A DNA stretch of 64,000 nt from Bdellovibrionales bacterium (GTDB lineage Bacteria > Bdellovibrionota > Bdellovibrionia > Bdellovibrionales > JAUICD01), in contig CBDANC010000015.1 of assembly GCA_965197425.1 (NCBI GenBank), forward strand, positions 10,704 through 74,703. Direction: 5' to 3'. A model generated the notes under the pieces. The model searched no databases and had not been told where the DNA came from. It was given only the letters and a program-made list of their open reading frames with translations. Shown piece after piece: positions 39,587 through 48,637 of this stretch. Position 1 is the first letter of the stretch. Every line of letters starts with the position of its first letter. The position numbers and the translations under genes are program-made.

Positions 39587-41164
39587 CTACTTGTTTTTCG
39601 AGATAGCAGCTTTAATTAAACCATCAAACAAAGGGTGTGGGAGGAAGGGTTTTGACTTAAACTCTGGGTGAAACTGAACTCCAATAAACCAGGGATGGTC
39701 TTTTATTTCAATCATTTCAATTAAATTTTTTTCTTTGTTTATCCCAGACAAAATCAATCCATGTTTTTTTAAAACAGATGCATATTTATTGTTTACTTCA
39801 TATCTGTGCCTATGCCGCTCTTTAATCTTTGTTTTCTTATAGAGTCTTTTGGCCAAAGTATTGTTAGATAAATGGCAAGTATATGATCCCAATCTCATTG
39901 TTCCACCCTTATTTATTTTTTTCTTTTGATCTTTCATAGTATGAATAATATGAGTACCAGTTTTTGAAAACTCACTACTAGTTGCCGTTTTAATGCCACA
40001 TATGTTTTTTGCATATTCAATTATACAAAGTTGCATTCCAAGACAAATGCCTAGGAATGGAATTTTATTTTCCCTAGCATATTTAGCTGCTGCAATTTTT
40101 CCTTTAATACCTCTGTTACCAAAACCTCCTGGAATTATAACGGCGTCTATATTTTTTAAACTATTTTCTTTAAATTTCTCTGAGTCTATGTATCTAATTT
40201 CAATTCTTACCCTATTTTTTATACCACTGTGAATTATTGCTTCATGTAGAGATTTGTAACTTTCCTTTAAATCCACATACTTACCTATAAATGCTATTTT
40301 TACTTTTTGTGTTGCTTTTTTCAGATCTAGTATTACGTTGTTCCATTTAGATATGTTGGGCTTTTTACTTTTCAGCTTCAGTTTTTTAACTATGTTTGTG
40401 TCTAGTGATTCTTTATGCATAAAAATAGGAAGAGTATAGATAGATTCTACATCTGGTGATGAAACAATTTTGTCTATATCCACACTGCATTGGAGAGATA
40501 TTTTTTCCTTAGCACTAGAAGTAATTATATCTTTGCTTCTACAAACCAAAAAATCTGGTTGCAATCCAAGGCTTCTCAACTCTCTTACAGAGTGTTGAGT
40601 GGGTTTTGTTTTGATCTCACCCGCAACATCAATTTTTGGGAGCAAGGTAACATGAACGATAACAGAATTTCCTGCACCTACACTACTTCTGACCTGCCGT
40701 ATGGTCTCTAAAAATGGCAACCCCTCAATATCTCCTACGGTTCCTCCTATCTCTACCAAGGTAACTTCTTTGTTTTTTGACACTTTAAAAATACGTCTCT
40801 TTATTTCGTCTGTTATGTGCGGGATGACTTGTACAGTGCCTCCCAAATATTTGCCTTGTCTTTCATTTTGTATAACTGTCTCATATATCTGCCCGGTGCT
40901 AACAGAGTTTTGATAAGACATAGTACAATTTGTAAATCTCTCGTAATGCCCTAAATCCAGATCTGTTTCTGCACCATCCTCAGTAACATATACTTCACCA
41001 TGTTGAAATGGATTCATCGTTCCAGGGTCTACATTTATGTAAGGGTCAAATTTTATTATAGAGATTTTATGACCTCTTTCCTCAAGAAGTGATGCAATTG
41101 ATGCCGTCGTAAGACCTTTCCCTACAGACGATGCCACGCCCCCTGTTATAAAAATATATTTCAA
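39587..41164 (-). CDS. pyrG: CTP synthase
   Basis: KYIFITGGVASSVGKG..., with a glutamine amidotransferase domain (GICLGMQ, HRHRYE). I prefer the TTG start at 41164: SD TAGGAGTGAG lies 4 nt upstream and it gives the canonical MKYIFITGG. The track ORF extends to 41224 through repeat-derived sequence. Confidence 0.88.
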   Translation of the reverse strand: MKYIFITGGVASSVGKGLTTASIASLLEERGHKISIIKFDPYINVDPGTMNPFQHGEVYVTEDGAETDLDLGHYERFTNCTMSYQNSVSTGQIYETVIQNERQGKYLGGTVQVIPHITDEIKRRIFKVSKNKEVTLVEIGGTVGDIEGLPFLETIRQVRSSVGAGNSVIVHVTLLPKIDVAGEIKTKPTQHSVRELRSLGLQPDFLVCRSKDIITSSAKEKISLQCSVDIDKIVSSPDVESIYTLPIFMHKESLDTNIVKKLKLKSKKPNISKWNNVILDLKKATQKVKIAFIGKYVDLKESYKSLHEAIIHSGIKNRVRIEIRYIDSEKFKENSLKNIDAVIIPGGFGNRGIKGKIAAAKYARENKIPFLGICLGMQLCIIEYAKNICGIKTATSSEFSKTGTHIIHTMKDQKKKINKGGTMRLGSYTCHLSNNTLAKRLYKKTKIKERHRHRYEVNNKYASVLKKHGLILSGINKEKNLIEMIEIKDHPWFIGVQFHPEFKSKPFLPHPLFDGLIKAAISKNK

Positions 41165-41180
41165 ATTCTCACTCCTATTA

Positions 41181-41496
41181 GTCTTTGGTCTCATTAAACT
41201 TACTTTTAGCAAATGGATCGGCATCGTGTCCAGAGCTGGGCAACCATTCAGCTAAAAAAGTTTCTTTGCTCAGCGACGTGCTTTGCACACCGCTACGCCA
41301 ATCAACTTTTATTAGCCTAATTAGGAAGACCTTTGGCAAATGGATCGGCATCGTGTCCAGAGCTGGGCAACCTCTCAGTAAAAAAACCGACCTTGGGGAG
41401 GTTGTTTCAATTGGAAAACATAAAGATTTATCTCGTGAGCCAATTGAACCAAAGAAGGCAAAGCCTCCTTATTTTTTACCTCGTTAACCTCACCTT
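41181..41496 (+). repeat. Modular intergenic repeat, locus 2: degenerate tail (41181-41206), unit 2a (to 41333, alternative body), unit 2b (41334-41496, A-B-C)
   Basis: AAATGGATCGGCATCGTGTCCAGAGCTGGGCAACC occurs twice (41211-, 41338-). The body ...CCGACCTTGGGGAGGTTGTTTCAATTGGAAAACATAAAGATTTATCTCGTGAGCCAATTGAACCAAAG is present. The tail CCTCGTTAACCTCACCTTT overlaps the engB 3' end. Confidence 0.9.
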
Positions 41497-42021
41497 TAGC
41501 TTTTTTTTTACTTCTAAAATACCCTTTTTGGTTTTTGAAGAACACACAAAAACATTATTAATTCCAGACACACTCTTTATTTTATCCATTTTTTTATTTG
41601 TATCTTTTAATTTATCAGCTTTACTTAGTATTATATAAATGGGAATCGACTTGTTTTTAGCTAATTTTATCAACATAATTTCATCTTTTGTTAAATCTCT
41701 TCGTATATCCATCAAAAGAAGCATTAGCCTTAGCTCAGATCTTGTTTGTAGATAATTTTCTACCATATTCTTCCATTTATTTATCTCATCAAAACTTCTT
41801 TTGGCATAACCATATCCTGGCATATCTACTAAAATATAATCTTTCATATCAAAAAAGTTTAAAAGATTTGTTTTGCCAGGTATTTTAGACACTCTGGCAA
41901 CTTTGGCACCCGATAATGAATTTAAAAAGGAAGACTTGCCAGCGTTAGAACGACCTACCAGGGCAACTTCAGGCATTGAATGTACAGGATAGTCATAGTC
42001 ACAACTTTTTATAAACATCAA
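41476..42021 (-). CDS. engB: Ribosome-biogenesis GTPase EngB/YsxC/YihA
   Basis: 181-aa ORF with G1 GRSNAGKSS and G3 DMPGYG; I did not locate the G4 motif. The last 7 codons plus the stop lie inside repeat locus 2. Confidence 0.85.
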   Translation of the reverse strand: MMFIKSCDYDYPVHSMPEVALVGRSNAGKSSFLNSLSGAKVARVSKIPGKTNLLNFFDMKDYILVDMPGYGYAKRSFDEINKWKNMVENYLQTRSELRLMLLLMDIRRDLTKDEIMLIKLAKNKSIPIYIILSKADKLKDTNKKMDKIKSVSGINNVFVCSSKTKKGILEVKKKLKVRLTR

Positions 42022-42136
42022 AGAGTCTCATTCCTGAGACTTAAAATCTCAAAAACGGTACTCAAGCTAAGGTTAAGTTTTCAAGCTGTCAATAAATTTA
42101 TAAGTGTTTATAGGTAGTAATAATTTTTAATATGTG

Positions 42137-42152
42137 TGGCATAATTTTTGAT
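42137..42152 (+). promoter_or_regulatory. Candidate sigma-54 (-24/-12) promoter upstream of the FHA/sigma-54 activator gene
   Basis: TGGCATAATTTTTGAT versus consensus TGGCAC-N5-TTGC(A/T). GG and the TTG are correctly spaced, with one mismatch in the -12 GC. The element ends about 30 nt upstream of ATG 42182 and about 15 nt upstream of SD GAGGAGGA. Confidence 0.3.
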
Positions 42153-42181
42153 TACCTTATTTGAGCTGAGGAGGATTTCTT

Positions 42182-43423
42182 ATGATAGTTGCAAATAATA
42201 CATGCTATGGATACCTTTTGCCGTGTGATTTAAACGGCAGCTTTATGCCTTTAACTAAAAGTTCTAGTCTAAGTTCTTTTGTAAGTTCAAAACAAAATAG
42301 CTCAAGGCTTTCCAACATCTTGCTTAAGATCAATGGGTCTAATGTTTATATAAATAACTTGAATCTAACTTCCAAGGTATATGTCAATGGAACACAGATT
42401 ATAGATGCTGTTTTAAATAATGGAGATATAATATCAGCATATGATAATGAATTTATGTTTCTTAGAACCAAGTTAGACATAACCAACATAGAATCTAAAA
42501 ACTATAACTGGAAAAAGGAGCTTTCTAAGCTACTAGGTTTTGCTACAACAAACCACCCTGTTTTGTTAGTAGGGGAATCGGGTACTGGAAAAGATGTAAT
42601 ATCCAGATTTATACATCAGTCTTCTAAACGAAATGGAAAACCATTTATCAGTATAAATTGTAGTACTCTTACTGAAAATATGATTGAAAGTGAATTGTTT
42701 GGACATAAAAAAGGGAGTTTCACCGGATCAGTTAATGATAGAAAAGGAGCTTTTTTAGCCTCAGAGGGTGGTACTTTATTTTTAGATGAAATAGGAGATT
42801 TGCCCATACACCTGCAACCAAAACTTTTAAGAGCACTGGAGAATAAAGAAATAAAACCCCTAGGTTCGGATAGAAGTATTAAAACAGATGTAAGATTTAT
42901 TTCAGCAACTCACAGAGATTTAAAAGATTTAATTAGACAGGGAAAATTTAGATCAGATTTGTATTATAGGCTAAATGTAATTAGTATTCATATACCTCCT
43001 TTAAGAGACAGAACAGAGGATATAGAGCCTTTGCTTTTCAAGCTTAGTTTAACCAACAAAGTGAAATTTTCAGATTGTGCTGTTGATGTATTGAAATCTC
43101 ACACATGGCCAGGGAACATTAGAGAACTAAAAAATTTTGTATCTAGAGTGTCTGCTATACATAGATATAAAACTTTGTACAAAAGTGATCTGAGCAATCT
43201 TTTGGAGCTAGAAAATTGTGAAACTGAGAATTATGAAATTGGGAAAAGTTCTGAGCAATTTGAAAAAAATGAAAAAAAGATGATGCTGAAAATTTTAGAT
43301 AAACACAAGGGGAATGTAAGAAAAGCTGCACAAGAGTTTAAAGTATCAAGAGGTAAATTTTACTATAACTTAAAAAAATGGGGTATTAAACCAAATGAGT
43401 TAGCATCTAAATTTTGTAGGTAG
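42182..43423 (+). CDS. Sigma-54-dependent transcriptional activator with an N-terminal FHA-like domain
   Basis: 413-aa ORF with the AAA+ sigma-54 interaction module (GESGTGKD, ESELFGHKKGSFTG, GTLFLDEIGDL) and a C-terminal Fis-type HTH. The N-terminus is FHA-like (..VYVNGTQI..LNNGDIIS...F.F). Confidence 0.85.
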   Translation: MIVANNTCYGYLLPCDLNGSFMPLTKSSSLSSFVSSKQNSSRLSNILLKINGSNVYINNLNLTSKVYVNGTQIIDAVLNNGDIISAYDNEFMFLRTKLDITNIESKNYNWKKELSKLLGFATTNHPVLLVGESGTGKDVISRFIHQSSKRNGKPFISINCSTLTENMIESELFGHKKGSFTGSVNDRKGAFLASEGGTLFLDEIGDLPIHLQPKLLRALENKEIKPLGSDRSIKTDVRFISATHRDLKDLIRQGKFRSDLYYRLNVISIHIPPLRDRTEDIEPLLFKLSLTNKVKFSDCAVDVLKSHTWPGNIRELKNFVSRVSAIHRYKTLYKSDLSNLLELENCETENYEIGKSSEQFEKNEKKMMLKILDKHKGNVRKAAQEFKVSRGKFYYNLKKWGIKPNELASKFCR

Positions 43424-44482
43424 TAGGTGTTCTAATTTTGCAAATTTTAATACCGTAGCATAACCTATTTCATCAAAAAGTGCAGAGTCATGATGCTGAT
43501 CTTTTATTAGGTGAAAATTTTCTAAGAAATTACAAATTTGTATAATCTCTGTTGGAAATACTCCAAGCTCTTCTTTCATAAAATTTGTAAGGCCGGTATC
43601 CTTAGAAAGGCTGCCTCTTCTTATTTTATTTTCTGGATTGTAATTCTTAAATGCTGTTAGGAATCCTAGGGTTAAATAGGCAAAATGTTCTTTTGGATTG
43701 TTTGTATCACATATATTCATATTATTTAGATAAATCTCAAATTCCGGCAGTTTGGTTTTGTTCTGCATGGCCTCATGTAAGGTAGGCATAATATGTTTCA
43801 TAATTTCTAGATCAAAAAGTTCAAAAAACACTGATTTTGGGTGTTCTAGTTTTAAAATTTTCAAAATTTCTTCCCTTATTCTAGGTAACTTTGAATTTTT
43901 TAGTTCAGAACCTAAACCTTCTATTGCTTTCCTTAATTGTGATTCTATGGAAAAATTTAATTTTTCAGCAAATCTTAGTGCCCGTAAAATTCTTATTGGA
44001 TCTTCTCTTAGTCGGATAATAGGATTTCCAATCATTCTTATTAATCTTTTCTTTATGTCTTTAATGCCTTTTTCGTAGTCTATAATTTTTTTATTAATTG
44101 GATCGTAGAAAATACTGTTGATGGTAAAGTCTCTTCGGGAAGCATCCTCCTGTGGTTTTCCAAAGACATTATCTCGATCGGGTATACTTTTTTTATCCTC
44201 TGGATCTTTTCTAAAAGTTGCAACCTCGAATTGCTTAAACCCTCTTTTGACCAGCACAAGCTTAAAACGCCTTCCTATAATATAGCTGTTTTTTATTATA
44301 CGCTTGACTTCTCTGGGCTTCGCATTTGTTGCTATGTCGAAGTCTTTGGGCTTAAGCCCTAAGAGAAGGTCCCGGACACAACCTCCTACTAAATATGCGG
44401 TAAAACCTTCATTTTGTAGTCTTTTTACAATGTCTATTGCCTCTGAATCTACAAGACTGGTTACATCATTTAAATGAGTCAT
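43400..44482 (-). CDS. Poly(A) polymerase / CCA-adding tRNA nucleotidyltransferase family protein (PcnB-like)
   Basis: 360-aa ORF with GGCVRDLLLG.KPKDFDIAT, IGRRFKLVLV and RRDFTINS. Confidence 0.8.
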   Translation of the reverse strand: MTHLNDVTSLVDSEAIDIVKRLQNEGFTAYLVGGCVRDLLLGLKPKDFDIATNAKPREVKRIIKNSYIIGRRFKLVLVKRGFKQFEVATFRKDPEDKKSIPDRDNVFGKPQEDASRRDFTINSIFYDPINKKIIDYEKGIKDIKKRLIRMIGNPIIRLREDPIRILRALRFAEKLNFSIESQLRKAIEGLGSELKNSKLPRIREEILKILKLEHPKSVFFELFDLEIMKHIMPTLHEAMQNKTKLPEFEIYLNNMNICDTNNPKEHFAYLTLGFLTAFKNYNPENKIRRGSLSKDTGLTNFMKEELGVFPTEIIQICNFLENFHLIKDQHHDSALFDEIGYATVLKFAKLEHLLPTKFRC

Positions 44483-44590
44483 TTTTTAACGTTTCCTTAA
44501 TTTTATTAACAAATTGTTAACATGGAACCTAAAAGGTGATAAACATCAGGTTAATTGGTTTTAGCGATTTTGTTATAAAGCTGCAAGTGA

Positions 44591-46051
44591 ATGTATTTCA
44601 AAGACTTAAATCTTTCTGATGAATTGTTTCAAGGTGTCAACTCTAATGGCTTTGAGGAGTGTACTCCCATACAATCTGTCACTATCGTTGATGGCCTAAA
44701 GGGCAAGGATATTTCTGGGCTTGCTCAAACTGGCACAGGCAAGACAGCTGCATTTTTAATACCTCTGATGGAACGGGTGTTTTTAGGAAAACTAAAAACA
44801 GGAGGATTTTCTAACTGGCAGAAAGGCCATTTTTGTTTGGTTTTGGTACCCACTAGAGAGTTAGCAGAGCAGGTATATCAGGATTTTTGTTCCTTAAGAG
44901 GAAAAACAAATCTTAGTGCCGTCCAAGTGTATGGCGGCACCACTTATGATAGACAGATTAAGATGATTAAAAGCAGCGTTGAATTTATTGTAAGTACTCC
45001 AGGGAGACTTATTGACCTGTATAAATCACACTCCTTGGATCTAAGGCAATGTAGAGCAGTTGTGTTTGATGAAGCTGATAAAATGTTTGATATGGGATTT
45101 AAAGATGATATGCAGTTTTTGCTACACAGAATTCCAAGAAATAGACAACTTATGTTTTTTAGTGCAACTTTGAATTTTTCTGTAACCAATATGGCGTATA
45201 AATTCGGCGCACACCCCATTGAAATAGATTTGAGTAAAAAACATGTAAGAACTGAGAACGTAGAAGATTTTATACATCATGTGGGGGAATCACAAAAACC
45301 CCAATACTTATTGTCGTTGTTAAGAAAACTTAAACCTAAGCAGACTATAGTATTCAGTAACTTTAAACATAAGGTTGAGTTGATAGAAGCCTTTCTAAAT
45401 AAAAATAATATTCCATCTGTTGGAATTTCGAGCCTTCTAACCCAGCTTCAGAGAAAACGAGTTATGGAGCAATTTAGAAATAATTCTAACTTTAATGTTT
45501 TGGTCGCAACAGATGTTGCCGCCAGAGGCTTAGATGTGGAAGATGTTGATTTAGTAGTTAATTATGAAATTTCTGATGACCCAGAAAATTATGTTCATAG
45601 AATAGGTAGAACTGGCAGAGCTAAAAAAACTGGCTTTGCGTGTAGTTTGGTGTGCGATTCAGATATCCCTAACCTTTTAAGAGTGGAAGAATATCTATCA
45701 TGTAAACTTGAAGTTAAATGGCTTGAAGACAAGGATTTAATAGAAAACTTTCTGAGCCTAAAAAATATAAAAAACAACTTACGGAAACAAAAAACTATAT
45801 CTAAGCACAGCCAGATGACAAAAAAGAAAGTGAAAAAGAAGACAAAAAAGATCCAAAAATCAAACAATAAGTTGCCAGAAGTAAAAGGAAATAAAAATCT
45901 TAATAGATCTGTTAAGCAAACAAGAAAAATTTCAAAGAATCTAAATAAAAACAAAGCGATAAGAAGAGGAAAAAGTAGCAAAAGAATTACTAGTAGCGAA
46001 AAGAAAGGCATCTTAGCAATTATAAAGAAAGTACTAACCCTAAGAGGTTAA
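44591..46051 (+). CDS. DEAD-box ATP-dependent RNA helicase with a Lys-rich C-terminal tail
   Basis: 486-aa ORF with Q-motif, AQTGTGKT, PTRELA, a DEAD-box variant (FDEADKM), SAT, and HRIGRTGR. The last ~90 aa are K/N/R-rich. Confidence 0.9.
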   Translation: MYFKDLNLSDELFQGVNSNGFEECTPIQSVTIVDGLKGKDISGLAQTGTGKTAAFLIPLMERVFLGKLKTGGFSNWQKGHFCLVLVPTRELAEQVYQDFCSLRGKTNLSAVQVYGGTTYDRQIKMIKSSVEFIVSTPGRLIDLYKSHSLDLRQCRAVVFDEADKMFDMGFKDDMQFLLHRIPRNRQLMFFSATLNFSVTNMAYKFGAHPIEIDLSKKHVRTENVEDFIHHVGESQKPQYLLSLLRKLKPKQTIVFSNFKHKVELIEAFLNKNNIPSVGISSLLTQLQRKRVMEQFRNNSNFNVLVATDVAARGLDVEDVDLVVNYEISDDPENYVHRIGRTGRAKKTGFACSLVCDSDIPNLLRVEEYLSCKLEVKWLEDKDLIENFLSLKNIKNNLRKQKTISKHSQMTKKKVKKKTKKIQKSNNKLPEVKGNKNLNRSVKQTRKISKNLNKNKAIRRGKSSKRITSSEKKGILAIIKKVLTLRG

Positions 46052-46198
46052 TTAAAACCTTAGACCGCTAATTTTTTGATAAGCTTTGCCCCTCAGCATC
46101 TTATTACTTTCATATTATTCTCTAGACTTATGTATGATTAAAAAATTCATATGGTTAATTGTCTAAGAGTTTTTTTAATATGTGTCGATATTTATATT

Positions 46199-47542
46199 AT
46201 GGCATTAAATACAAAATTGGATCTGAGTAAAAACACTATTGTGTATGGCAATTGCTCTGATGAAGATGGTCAGGGTTGGCTTAATTTAATATCCGAAAAA
46301 TCTGTTGATTTGATTTATATAGATCCTCCATTTTTTTCAAACAGGGATTATAAAGTTGTGTGGGGCAATGGTTACGAAGTTCGCTCTTTTGGAGATCGAT
46401 TTAAAGGTGGAATTGATCATTACATTAATTGGATGAAACCAAAAATTTTAGAATCAAAAAGAGTATTAAATGATACAGGATCTATTTTTTTACATTGTGA
46501 CTGGCATGCAAGTCATAGACTTAGGTGTTTATTAGATGAAGTATTTGGAGAAAAAAGTTTTATAAATGAAATAATATGGTTTTATCCCAATGGTGGAGGA
46601 AGGAGTAAATCTTGGCTTAACAAAAAACATGACACAATTTTTTGGTACGCTAAAGACAAAAACAAATTTAAATATAATTGGAAAGAAATAGCTTTAAGTC
46701 GAAATCAAGATCAAAAAACTTTTGGAGGGTATTTTAAAACAGATAATAAGGGAACTTATCAAGAAGTAAGATCAAACGGTAAGGTATATAAGTACTATGT
46801 TGACGAGCCAAAAAATAATGATGATGTTTGGTTTTTAAATATTATTTCTCAAAGAGATACAACAGAGAGAATTGGATATAGAACTCAAAAACCTGAAGCT
46901 TTGATAAAAAGGATTGTAGAGTGTTCTACTGATAAAAATGATGTAGTGTTAGATTTTTTTGGTGGGGGCGGTACTACTGCAAAGGTTTGTTCTGATTTAG
47001 ATAGGAGATTTATCACAGGTGATGTATCTCCTATTGCTGTTAGAGTAACAGCAGATCGGTTGAGTGATAATGGATATAGAGACTATGAAATAAAAGGATT
47101 GCCTTCTACAAAAAAAGAATACCATAGTATGCACAAAAACAAGTTTGTTCAAATAATATGCGACCTAATGGGCTGGGATAGGAATTTAAAAAAATCATTA
47201 AACAATACTTTTGATGGATTTGCTGATGAGGGTAATATACCTGTTTTTATTCAAAATCAAAGTGAGAAAACTTCTATACCCGATATTAAAAAATTCTTAA
47301 AGCTTTTAGCTAAACATAAAAAAGGAATCTTTGTTTCTTGGGATTTTTCCAAAGAAGCGTCAGAATATGTGTATAGTTTAATACAACAAAAAATAACACT
47401 ACTTGCAGTTAAGGAAATTTTAAACGGCTTATTAATTTCTGATGAATTATCTAAAAAGCCAAAGAAATTATATGATGCTGATACAAAAAAGATTTCTTGG
47501 GAAGACAAGTCTGTGCATGGATTAAAGCAAAAAACAGCATAA
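46199..47542 (+). CDS. Beta-class (motif IV before motif I) N6-adenine/N4-cytosine DNA methyltransferase fused to an Mrr-like C-terminal domain
   Basis: DLIYIDPPFFSN (motif IV) precedes VLDFFGGGGTT (motif I). The C-terminal ~110 aa follow the Mrr_cat pattern (FVQIICDLMGW..FDGFAD..VFIQNQSEK..IPDIKKFL..KGIFVSWDFSKEASEYV). The likely start is MALNTKLDL at 46199; the track ORF starts at 46151. Confidence 0.8.
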   Translation: MALNTKLDLSKNTIVYGNCSDEDGQGWLNLISEKSVDLIYIDPPFFSNRDYKVVWGNGYEVRSFGDRFKGGIDHYINWMKPKILESKRVLNDTGSIFLHCDWHASHRLRCLLDEVFGEKSFINEIIWFYPNGGGRSKSWLNKKHDTIFWYAKDKNKFKYNWKEIALSRNQDQKTFGGYFKTDNKGTYQEVRSNGKVYKYYVDEPKNNDDVWFLNIISQRDTTERIGYRTQKPEALIKRIVECSTDKNDVVLDFFGGGGTTAKVCSDLDRRFITGDVSPIAVRVTADRLSDNGYRDYEIKGLPSTKKEYHSMHKNKFVQIICDLMGWDRNLKKSLNNTFDGFADEGNIPVFIQNQSEKTSIPDIKKFLKLLAKHKKGIFVSWDFSKEASEYVYSLIQQKITLLAVKEILNGLLISDELSKKPKKLYDADTKKISWEDKSVHGLKQKTA

Positions 47543-47585
47543 AATCTATAAGCAAATTTAAAATTTATAATAAGCTAGTATATTT

Positions 47586-48509
47586 TTATTCGCTTTCTTT
47601 GTTTGGCAATTCTGGTTCCTTTTGAGGCTGAGAGAAATTTGCTATTTGATTTTGTATATCAGGGTCTAGCTTCACAAACTCAATCCCATATCTAGATGAC
47701 CCCTTATCATCTTTAGTGATATTTACTACCTTACATTTAGCACTAAAAGAGGGTAGATGGTCTCCAGGTTTAAAGTCTAGCAAAATGATACTTTGATCTT
47801 CTATATCCGCATTTTCTACTGTAATGGCAGCGCCAGATTCTCCTATGGAGATACCCGTTCCAAGATATAAAGTCTCACCTGACTGAATTACCACCGGTAT
47901 GTTGCACAATCTTCTAGGATATTTTCTTCTGAAAAATTTGTCCTCAATAGGTTCATCAAAATTGACCCCTTCTAATTGGGACAACTTTTCTATACTAGAC
48001 TTTTCAAAATCACTGACTTCTGCAATTTTCATCCACTGTTCAAGACCTTGTTTCCAGGTATAGTCATACTCATATACTAGGCTGGATAGAAGCATCTGAG
48101 CTATCTCTACATGGTCAAATGGTCCATATCTATCCTCATTTCTCAGCACAAACCATGTTTTTTCGGTGTATTTAGATAATTCTTCTTTAGCTTTATCTTC
48201 ATCTAAACCGCTGCTATTAGCTTCTTGATTAATATCAGAAGTTCCTTTGCTAGAATTTTCTTCTCCACTGGTCCCTTCTTGTAGAGTATCTTTTCCTGGA
48301 AAAGTAGGTTCCTCAGATTGGTCTACACCAGACACACATTTCATTATATAATCATGGCTTACAATTGTAACCCAGGTTTCAGACTCTTCATCATATATCA
48401 GATCACTTAACTTGTATGTGTTGCTCTTTAACTTTTCTATTATTTCAGACACTGGCAACGGATCTGTCTGTTCTTCATTAACGTATAAATAAAATAACTT
48501 TTCAGACAT
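47586..48509 (-). CDS. Tandem GYF_2-domain protein with a C-terminal PilZ (c-di-GMP-binding) domain
   Basis: 307-aa ORF. Two GYF-like modules (FYLYVNEEQTDPLPVSEI...TWV; WFVLRNEDRYGPFDHVEI...QWMKIAEV) and PilZ motifs RRKYPRR and GISIGESG. Confidence 0.65.
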   Translation of the reverse strand: MSEKLFYLYVNEEQTDPLPVSEIIEKLKSNTYKLSDLIYDEESETWVTIVSHDYIMKCVSGVDQSEEPTFPGKDTLQEGTSGEENSSKGTSDINQEANSSGLDEDKAKEELSKYTEKTWFVLRNEDRYGPFDHVEIAQMLLSSLVYEYDYTWKQGLEQWMKIAEVSDFEKSSIEKLSQLEGVNFDEPIEDKFFRRKYPRRLCNIPVVIQSGETLYLGTGISIGESGAAITVENADIEDQSIILLDFKPGDHLPSFSAKCKVVNITKDDKGSSRYGIEFVKLDPDIQNQIANFSQPQKEPELPNKESE

Positions 48510-48637
48510 TTTTCTATCTCCTAACCTTTACTCTACTAAGTCACTACACGAGAGAATCGGCTTAAATTTGCCGAGACATAACAGAAATCCACATAAAATA
48601 ACGCTTCCATGTCACGAATCTTTGCTTATATTAAGCT

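Noticed and set aside
41165-41224. Longer pyrG N-terminus from ATG 41224 or ATG 41194
   Set aside because: The extra codons lie in degenerate repeat-tail sequence. CTP synthases normally begin right at ..KYIFVTGG, and TTG 41164 has a much better SD. I kept them only as alternatives.
41185-41638. ORFs 41185..41487 and 41333..41638 (also 52660..52842, 59366..59614, 59670..60002, 1773..1955) lying over the repeat loci
   Set aside because: The reading frames are not conserved between repeat copies: ATGs and frames differ and stops appear in other copies. They overlap real genes on the other strand, so I treat them as chance ORFs in repeat DNA.
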